Positions 57,241 to 64,000 of a stretch of DNA of 64,000 nucleotides are shown piece by piece; positions within the stretch are counted from its first letter, which is position 1; the number at the start of each line of letters is the position of its first letter. The stretch is from Candidatus Latescibacterota bacterium. GTDB taxonomy: Bacteria > Latescibacterota > UBA2968 > GCA-2709665. The stretch covers positions 4,320,001 to 4,384,000 of the forward strand of contig OZ241917.1 of the NCBI GenBank assembly GCA_965203805.1, written 5' to 3'. The notes under the pieces are model-generated. The model had not been told where the DNA came from and ran no database searches. It saw only the letters and a list, made by a program, of their open reading frames with translations. The translations under genes were made by a program, and so were the position numbers.

Positions 57241-58548
57241 ATGACGACGTCCAGCAACACCTACCGGGTCGGCGCGGCCGGTGAGGACATCACACCGCCG
57301 GTCGGCATCTACCTCGCCGGGTTCGCCGCCCGCACGGACCCCTCCACGGCCGTTTATCATCCTCTGAAAGCCAACGCCATCGCCATTGACGACGGTAGCG
57401 ATCCGCTGCTCATCGTCAGCGCCGAAATCCTGGGTTTCTACGAACACACGCCGCATGTCCGGTCCCGCATCTCGGCGGCGACGGGCATCGCTTCTTCGAA
57501 CGTCATTCTGAGCGGGTCGCACACCCACTGCGGTCCCTGCATCCGCGACATGGACCGGCATCGCCACGGCGACCTGGACGAGAACTACATCGAGGAACTC
57601 TTCGACAAGGTCGCCCGTTGTGCGACAACCGCGTGGGAAACCCGGTCCCCTGCGCGCCTTCGTTTCGGGACCGGGAACTGCGATATCGCCGTATCCCGCC
57701 GGAAACCCGACGGGAAGGGCGGCGTTGAGTGGAAACCCGGCGCCGAAGCGCCGCACGACCACGACGTGGCGGTTATGGTCGTCGAATCTCCCGGCGGCGA
57801 ACTCCGAAGCGTCATCTTCAACTACGCGTGCCATCCCACCAGCCGGGCCGGCACGCTCATCGGCGGCGACTACGTCTGTTTCGCCTGCGACCAGATGGAG
57901 TCGACGTACCCGGGCGTCACCGCGTTCTTCCTCCAGGGCTGCGCGGGAGACCAGAAGACAAAACCGGTCGACCCCGCGTCGGATGCCTTCGGACACCGGA
58001 CGATCGATGAAATCCGCGACATCGGCGTCCAGCTGGGCGAAACCGTGGCCGGCGTTGTCGCGTCGGACGCACTTGAGCCGGTCGACGGACCGATCTCCGT
58101 GAGTCAGACCGTCCTCGGCCTGGATACCGAACCCGTCGACATGGAACTCGTGAGTGCCGGCCTGAACGACAACCGGGCGTTTGTGCAGGCCTGGGCCCGC
58201 CATCTGTTTGAATGCGTCGAAAACGGCACCCCGGTGCCCACCAGCATCCCGTTTGAAATCCAGACCGTGCGTTTCGGCAACAGCCTCGCGGTGGTTACGC
58301 TCGCGGGGGAAATGACGGTTGAACACGGGCTGCGCCTGAAACGGGAACTGGGCCCGCACTTCGACAATGTACTGGCGCTGGCGTATACCAACGACATCGT
58401 CGGTTACGTACCCGTCACACGGCAGATCCCCGAAGGCGGCTACGAAGTCTGGTTCAGCCAGCAGTACTGGAAACGTACGGGACCCTACGTGGCCGCCACC
58501 GAAGACCGGATTCACGCCGCCGTGAGCCGGGCTCTGGACATCACATAG
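57241..58548 (+). CDS. Neutral/alkaline ceramidase N-terminal-domain-like hydrolase
   Basis: DITPP..LAGF, SHTHCGP, NYACHP, QGCAGD, GYVP...GGYE. Confidence 0.85.
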   Translation: MTTSSNTYRVGAAGEDITPPVGIYLAGFAARTDPSTAVYHPLKANAIAIDDGSDPLLIVSAEILGFYEHTPHVRSRISAATGIASSNVILSGSHTHCGPCIRDMDRHRHGDLDENYIEELFDKVARCATTAWETRSPARLRFGTGNCDIAVSRRKPDGKGGVEWKPGAEAPHDHDVAVMVVESPGGELRSVIFNYACHPTSRAGTLIGGDYVCFACDQMESTYPGVTAFFLQGCAGDQKTKPVDPASDAFGHRTIDEIRDIGVQLGETVAGVVASDALEPVDGPISVSQTVLGLDTEPVDMELVSAGLNDNRAFVQAWARHLFECVENGTPVPTSIPFEIQTVRFGNSLAVVTLAGEMTVEHGLRLKRELGPHFDNVLALAYTNDIVGYVPVTRQIPEGGYEVWFSQQYWKRTGPYVAATEDRIHAAVSRALDIT

Positions 58549-58592
58549 GATTGGAAGGGCCGAAACAATCCTGCATCTCCGGTTCGGCCGAT

Positions 58593-60500
58593 ATGACTGA
58601 CGCGTTGCCCGAAATCGCCCTGGTCCAGATGGACGTGAAGCCGGCGCGGCCGGACCTGAACGTGGACCGCATGCTGCGTTACATCGACAGGGCGCGGGAG
58701 GCGGGCGCGGACCTGGTCGTTTTTTCGGAACTCTGCATTTCCGGCTACATCCTGGGCGACCTGTGGGAGGTGGACGCGCTCGTCAAGGATTTCGCGGCAT
58801 ACAGCGACACGATTCGCAAGGCAAGTCAGGACATTGTCGTACTCTTCGGGAACGTGGCGTTGGACCGGGCGAACATCGGCGAGGACGGCCGCATACGCAA
58901 GTACAATGCCGTCCACGTCTGCGCAGACGGCCGCTACGTGGCGCGCGAGGGCGTTCCGGCCGGACTGCCGGCGGGCGTTCAGCCCAAGACGCTCCATCCG
59001 AACTACCGGTTCTTCGACGACGACCGCCATTTCTACTCGCTCCGGAAACTCGCCGATGACCGCGGGAGGTCGGTCTACGACTGGATTGCGCCGTTCGAGG
59101 TCCGCCTGAGGGACGGCCGGACGTTCCGGTTCGGCGTGCAACTCTGCGAGGATATCTGGTGCAGGGACTATGGATACGCGGACGACATCCTGGATACGCT
59201 GCGCGTCTTCCACGAACGCGGGGCACAGGCGCTGTTCAATCTGTCCTCGTCTCCCTGGACCTGGCAGAAGAACGTGAAGCGAAACCGGGTCGTCAGGGAG
59301 ATTCTGCGGCGTTCGCCCGTTCCCGTCTTCTATTGCAACCACGTTGGAGCGCAGAACAACGGCAAGAACATCATCGTCTTCGACGGCGATACGACGGTCT
59401 ATTCCCCCGAGGGCGACATTCTGCGTCGCGCGCGTCCCTGGCGTGAGCAGATGGTCCTGAGCCGGGGCGGGGACCCGCCCACTGCTTCCCAGGACGAGAT
59501 CGCCGCGATCTTCGATGCCATCCTGACCGGACTGCGGCATCTGGACGATATCCGCGAGAGGGAGAACCGGTTTCTGGTTGGCGCCAGCGGGGGCATCGAC
59601 TCGAGCGTGGTGGTATCCATTCTGACGCAGGCCTTCGGGCCCGAGCGGGTGTTCGCGGTGAATATGCCCACGCGGTTCAACGCGTCCATCACCCGGAACA
59701 ACGCGGAGCGCGTCTGCCGTACCCTCGAGGTGGATTACCTGAGTTGCCCGATCCAGGACCTGTACGCGGCCCTGTCGGAGAAGATAAAGGACATGCGCTT
59801 TTCCAGGGCGCCGGGCGACTATACCCGCCTGGTCGACGAGAACCTGCAGGCGCGCATCCGGGGCGCGGATATATTGCCCGCGCTGGCCGCGAAGTCCGGG
59901 CTGGTCTTCACCAACAACGGCAACAAGACCGAAACAGCGCTGGGTTACGCCACGCTGTACGGCGACGTGAACGGCGCCGTGGCCCCGATTGCGGACCTAT
60001 ATAAGGTGCAGGTGTTGCAATTGGCCCGGTTCCTGAATGGAGAGGTGTTCGGCAGAGAGGTCATTCCGGATAACCTGATCAGCGGGGAGACGGTACCCAG
60101 CGCGGAGTTGTCGGACGCCCAGGACGTGACCCGGGGCCTGGGGGACCCGATCAAGTACGGTTACCACGATGCCGTCCTGCGCCAGATCATCGAATACCGG
60201 AAAGACCCGGTCGATTTTCTGCAATGGTTCGTGGACGGCGTCCTGCTGGACGTGATCGGGTGGAACGACAGTGAACAATTCCGGGCCTGGTTCCCCGACG
60301 TGAACGGCTGGATAGAAGACCTGGAGTGGGTCGCGCAACAGGTGCGGATCAACACCTTCAAGCGCGTCCAGGCGCCGCCGATCATCGTGCTCAGCAAGCG
60401 CGCGTTCGGATTCGACCTGCGCGAGAGCCAGTTGCCGTCCTATCAAACCCGGCGCTACGGGGAATTGAAAGAGCTGGCGCTCCAGATGGAAATACCTTAA
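58593..60500 (+). CDS. nadE: Glutamine-dependent NAD+ synthetase
   Basis: Nitrilase triad (SEL, PKT..PNY, LCEDIW) plus GASGGIDSS, ENLQARIRG, NKTE..LGY.TLYGD, PSAEL; start ATG 58593. Confidence 0.96.
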   Translation: MTDALPEIALVQMDVKPARPDLNVDRMLRYIDRAREAGADLVVFSELCISGYILGDLWEVDALVKDFAAYSDTIRKASQDIVVLFGNVALDRANIGEDGRIRKYNAVHVCADGRYVAREGVPAGLPAGVQPKTLHPNYRFFDDDRHFYSLRKLADDRGRSVYDWIAPFEVRLRDGRTFRFGVQLCEDIWCRDYGYADDILDTLRVFHERGAQALFNLSSSPWTWQKNVKRNRVVREILRRSPVPVFYCNHVGAQNNGKNIIVFDGDTTVYSPEGDILRRARPWREQMVLSRGGDPPTASQDEIAAIFDAILTGLRHLDDIRERENRFLVGASGGIDSSVVVSILTQAFGPERVFAVNMPTRFNASITRNNAERVCRTLEVDYLSCPIQDLYAALSEKIKDMRFSRAPGDYTRLVDENLQARIRGADILPALAAKSGLVFTNNGNKTETALGYATLYGDVNGAVAPIADLYKVQVLQLARFLNGEVFGREVIPDNLISGETVPSAELSDAQDVTRGLGDPIKYGYHDAVLRQIIEYRKDPVDFLQWFVDGVLLDVIGWNDSEQFRAWFPDVNGWIEDLEWVAQQVRINTFKRVQAPPIIVLSKRAFGFDLRESQLPSYQTRRYGELKELALQMEIP

Positions 60501-60502
60501 AT

Positions 60503-60732
60503 CGGGGAGACGTTAGACGGGAGACGGTAGATGACATCCTTGCACGATTGGTTCTTCCTATATGCCTCCGGCAGGATATGAAACCGCACGGGGCAATAAG
60601 AGCGGGTAGACGGTAGACGTCAGACGGTAGAAGACGTCCTTGCCCGATTGGTTCATCCACTATGCCTGCGGCAAGAGATGATACCGAACTGGCACTCACA
60701 TCATCTCCCGTCTCCCGTCTTGCGTCTCCCCG
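60503..60732. repeat. MITE-like element: terminal inverted repeats enclosing two 100-bp-period direct repeats
   Basis: TIR CGGGGAGACGTTAGACGGGAGACGG (60503-27) vs CCGTCTCCCGTCTTGCGTCTCCCCG (60708-32), 23/25; internal units from 60522 and 60622; AAT on both flanks. Confidence 0.75.
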
Positions 60733-60764
60733 AATCTGGAAATCTGTCAATGAGGTGATCAGGA

Positions 60765-61643
60765 GTGACCTCAATTCAAGACGCAATTTCCCATATACAG
60801 GGAACCGTAGGGCTGTCGGCCAGGCACCTGGAAACCGGGCACGAGATCCGTCACAATGCCGACGACGTGTTCTTCACCGCCAGCACGCTGAAAGTGCCGG
60901 TGCTCGTCGAGCTCTACCGCCAGGTGGATCTCGGCGTTATCGATCTGTACCGGCGGGTGGAACTCACCGACGATCTTCGCGTGCCCGGCTCGGGCATCCT
61001 CAAGGAAATGGCTCCGGGCCTCAAGCCCACCGTGCACGATCTGGCGATGTTGATGATCATCATCAGCGACAACACCGCAACGGATATTCTCTATAACCTC
61101 GTCGGCGAAGACAATCTCAACAACACGATGCGGGAACTCGGACTCCTGAAGACCCGCATCCCAATGACGGTCAGACAACTGCTCTTCAGCGTCGTGGGTC
61201 TGGACCCCGGAAATCCCGATCATACTTATGATACCTGCGCCAGCCGGCTCTTCAACCAGGAATACGTGCCCGACGGCGCGGGTTACGACGTCGACCGGTC
61301 CGACGTTTCCTCACCCGGCGATATGTGCAAGTTGCTGGAATTGTTGTATTCGGGCGAACTGCTGTCGAACGCGTCCCGGAACGGCGCCCTGGACATCCTG
61401 AAGCGACAGCAACTCAGGACCGTGATTCCCCATGCCTTGCCCGTGGGGACTGACGTCGCGCACAAGACGGGCTTTTACCACGGTGTGCGCGCCGACGTGG
61501 GCATTGTCTACTCGCCGGCCGGTCCATACGCCGTTGCCATCATGGCCAAAGACGTCACGTGCCCCGACCGGCTGGTCTTTGACCTGAGCCTCGCCGCGCT
61601 GTCGAGGGCGGTGTACGACACGCTGGTCGAGTCGTCCCGATGA
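60765..61643 (+). CDS. Serine hydrolase, class A beta-lactamase-like fold
   Basis: ASTLK (SxxK), SDN, HKTG; no signal peptide; AGGAG upstream of GTG. Confidence 0.9.
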   Translation: MTSIQDAISHIQGTVGLSARHLETGHEIRHNADDVFFTASTLKVPVLVELYRQVDLGVIDLYRRVELTDDLRVPGSGILKEMAPGLKPTVHDLAMLMIIISDNTATDILYNLVGEDNLNNTMRELGLLKTRIPMTVRQLLFSVVGLDPGNPDHTYDTCASRLFNQEYVPDGAGYDVDRSDVSSPGDMCKLLELLYSGELLSNASRNGALDILKRQQLRTVIPHALPVGTDVAHKTGFYHGVRADVGIVYSPAGPYAVAIMAKDVTCPDRLVFDLSLAALSRAVYDTLVESSR

Positions 61644-61665
61644 AGAATCGAAGGAGACCTGCCCG

Positions 61666-62388
61666 GTGGTGAAACCCGTTGAGACCAGCATGGACGCGCT
61701 CAGGAACTCCCGGTATCCGGGACGCGGCATCGTCATCGGGCAGACGCCCGACGCGCGGTACTTCGTCCAGGTCTACTGGATCATGGGGCGCAGCGCGGGG
61801 AGCCGGAACCGCGTCTTCGTTGCCGACGGCGATACGGTCAGGACCCGGGCCCTTGACGAATCCGCGCTCGAGAATCCCGACTTGGTCGTGTACCGTCCCG
61901 TCAGAGTGCTGAATGGATGCCACATCATCTCGAACGGCGACCATACGGACACCATCTTTGACGCGATTCAAGGCAGCGGCAACTTCGAATCCGCGCTGAA
62001 TACCCGGACCTTCGAGCCGGATCCGCCCATCCTCACACCCCGGATCGCCGGTCTGGTGGACCTGGAGGACCGGTGCGTTGCCTATAAGCTCGCGATGCTC
62101 AAATCCGTCGGCGGAAACGGCGATACCACCGCCAGACACTACTTCAATTACGAGACGGGGATCCCGGGTATCGGCCACTGCGTAACGACTTACAGGGACG
62201 ACGGAGACCCGCCGCCCGCGTTTGCAGGCGAACCGTATGCCGTTGACCTGCACGACAGGATCGAAACGACCCGCGACCATTACTGGGATGCCCTGAACCG
62301 GGAAAACAGGGTCTCCCTGCTCGTCAAGTTCATCCATGCCGCGTCGGGAAAAACCGACCTCAGCATCGTCAATAAGCACCAGGAATAG
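61666..62388 (+). CDS. IMP cyclohydrolase-like (PurO-type Ntn fold) protein
   Basis: YPGRGIVIG, YWIMGRS..SRNR, SNGDHTD, EPD...TPRI. Confidence 0.85.
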   Translation: MVKPVETSMDALRNSRYPGRGIVIGQTPDARYFVQVYWIMGRSAGSRNRVFVADGDTVRTRALDESALENPDLVVYRPVRVLNGCHIISNGDHTDTIFDAIQGSGNFESALNTRTFEPDPPILTPRIAGLVDLEDRCVAYKLAMLKSVGGNGDTTARHYFNYETGIPGIGHCVTTYRDDGDPPPAFAGEPYAVDLHDRIETTRDHYWDALNRENRVSLLVKFIHAASGKTDLSIVNKHQE

Positions 62389-62390
62389 AG

Positions 62391-63107
62391 ATGGTGGCGA
62401 CCCTAAAACATTTCTGGCCCGCGATCGTCTGCGCCGTCGTCGCGCTGGCGTTCTGGGACACGCCCTACGTCAAACCCTTCAGGGTCTTTATGGTCCAGAT
62501 ACACGAAATGTGCCACGCGGCCGCCACGCTCGGTACCGGGGGCGAGGTTCTTGAAGTCCGCGTCAACTGGGACGAATCCGGCCACGCGAAGAGCCGGGGC
62601 GGCATCTTTCCGATCATCGCGTCGGCCGGTTACGTCGGATCCGCATTTCTGGGCGCCATTTTCATCTACGTCAGTCTGTGGCCCCTGTTGCAACGGATTC
62701 TGCTTGCCGGGATCGGCTGCCTCTCCATCGGTGTGGCGGTGCTCTACACGCCATTGGGCAGTGCCGATTTTTCGTTCGGAATCATAAGTGGTTTCATTCT
62801 TCTGGTCCCGGCCGTCCTGCTGCCCCGAGTCGCGCGCTGGGTGGCCACGTGGATGGGCGTGATGCTCTGTCTCTACAGCCTCTACGACTTCCGCACCGAT
62901 CTCTGGCTGTATACCGAACGCACCGATGCCGGCATCCTCGCCCGGCATTGGGGCGCGCCGCTTCTGGCCTATCCGATCGCCCTTGTCTGGGCGCTGATCT
63001 CCGTATATGCGATGTATCGGTCCATGAAGTCGGTCGCACGCAGGGGCCGGAACCTGGACACGCGTGACGCCTCTAATGATGACGCAGTTTTCCCTGGCGG
63101 GGCGTGA
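62391..63107 (+). CDS. M50B-family membrane metallopeptidase
   Basis: HEMCH (HExxH), SAGY, TDA.ILA, multiple hydrophobic helices. Confidence 0.88.
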   Translation: MVATLKHFWPAIVCAVVALAFWDTPYVKPFRVFMVQIHEMCHAAATLGTGGEVLEVRVNWDESGHAKSRGGIFPIIASAGYVGSAFLGAIFIYVSLWPLLQRILLAGIGCLSIGVAVLYTPLGSADFSFGIISGFILLVPAVLLPRVARWVATWMGVMLCLYSLYDFRTDLWLYTERTDAGILARHWGAPLLAYPIALVWALISVYAMYRSMKSVARRGRNLDTRDASNDDAVFPGGA

Positions 63108-63161
63108 GCCGAGGTTTTCCGGGTCCGTGCCGCTTCAAAGCAATTTCTGGGGTTGTCCTCT

Positions 63162-63923
63162 ATGCATACGAGCCAGGTCCTGTCCGCTTCGGATTTCGAA
63201 TATTGGCAACGCGGCGCGAACGGTTCCGCTCGCGTACCCTTTTCGGCCTTCTGTCCCGACTACGAGGCGTCCGACCGCGCGGGCTTCGTCTCTCCCCGCC
63301 TGGAAGACGGCATCCTGCACGCCTCGCATGCGATTCTGGCCCTCACCACGGCGTTTTACGATGCCTGGCGCGCCAGGGCCAATGATTTCTTCATCTATCC
63401 CCAGCACTTCGCCATTCTCGACATTTCGTCGGAAGGGGTCAATTCCGGAAGCGGACGCCTGCGCCTGGACAGGGACCGCCTGGGGTGGCCGTGGGGCAAC
63501 CTGGACGTGTGGCCCGACTCGCAATGGATTCCGTCCGACGGCAGCGTTTCCGGCGCGCTGAAGAACGCGTTCGATCTCCATATCAACCGGCTCTTCTGGC
63601 CCGAGTCATTCGTCCCCGGCGCCCGCGAGAACCGGCTGCCCGGGTATGCGCTCAAGATCATGAGGACCCGCCTGAAGGCGGTGTACTTCTACAGGTCCGA
63701 AGCGCCCGATATCGAGATTCGCGCCGGATCGAACGCGTATGAGGTCGCGGCGCAAAGCGTATGGAGGTTGTCCCAACTCGAAGGGCTGTCGACGGAGCAT
63801 CTGGCGGTCACGGGCGAAGGGGAAGATTCGGGCACAGGCCACTGTTACGTCGAACGATTTCGCACGGTCGACCCCGGACAATTCTTGGAAGCCATGGGCG
63901 CTTGCTTCGAGAACGGCGGGTAA
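63162..63923 (+). CDS. Hypothetical protein
   Basis: About 253-aa ORF with backbone codon style, co-oriented with its neighbours; no family recognised. Confidence 0.7.
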   Translation: MHTSQVLSASDFEYWQRGANGSARVPFSAFCPDYEASDRAGFVSPRLEDGILHASHAILALTTAFYDAWRARANDFFIYPQHFAILDISSEGVNSGSGRLRLDRDRLGWPWGNLDVWPDSQWIPSDGSVSGALKNAFDLHINRLFWPESFVPGARENRLPGYALKIMRTRLKAVYFYRSEAPDIEIRAGSNAYEVAAQSVWRLSQLEGLSTEHLAVTGEGEDSGTGHCYVERFRTVDPGQFLEAMGACFENGG

Positions 63924-64000
63924 CGGCCGGTCCGATCGAGGAGCAGCCTCAACTACTCCTCCGCTTTCTCAGCATCTCGACGAAAACGACGATTCGACGC

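Noticed and set aside
60765-61643. Antibiotic-resistance beta-lactamase
   Set aside because: No signal peptide and no recognisable omega-loop ExxLN motif; more likely a cytoplasmic serine hydrolase.

Overview
Bacterial chromosomal window with GC-rich backbone, a catabolism-rich gene repertoire and no rRNA, tRNA or CRISPR array that I can see. It has three parts. (1) 1-27.8 kb: the 5' part of trigger factor (tig), a radical-SAM enzyme of the tetraether-synthase (Tes/GDGT-MAS, MJ0619-like) family, and a carbohydrate-catabolism block: four heparinase II/III-type lyases, three GHL10-like TIM-barrel proteins, an enolase-superfamily enzyme and Gfo/Idh/MocA oxidoreductases. (2) About 28.0-52.2 kb: a lower-GC defence island without an integrase. 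It carries a tightly packed six-gene operon (acyl carrier protein, XRE, ImmA/IrrE peptidase, divergent thymidylate-synthase (TS) fold, dTMP-kinase::aGPT-PPlase1/5-hmdU-kinase fusion, second TS), which is the best candidate for an undescribed thymine-hypermodification or nucleotide-poisoning system. It also carries a DUF5343-like plus HEPN-like pair, a complete 1,823-bp IS with 17-bp TIRs and a 6-bp TSD, a DUF499-DUF3780-like-DUF1156-PLD/SNF2 'restriction-like' system with a Lamassu/ABC-3C system nested inside it, and an orphan Dam-type methylase followed by a truncated gene stub. (3) 52.2-64 kb: oxidoreductases, glutamine-dependent NadE, a serine hydrolase, an IMP cyclohydrolase-like protein and an M50B peptidase. 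Several intergenic MITE/REP-like structured repeats are present. All family calls come from motif reading and recollection of family consensus, not from database searches. Many start codons were moved from the ORF track to RBS-supported ATG/GTG codons.
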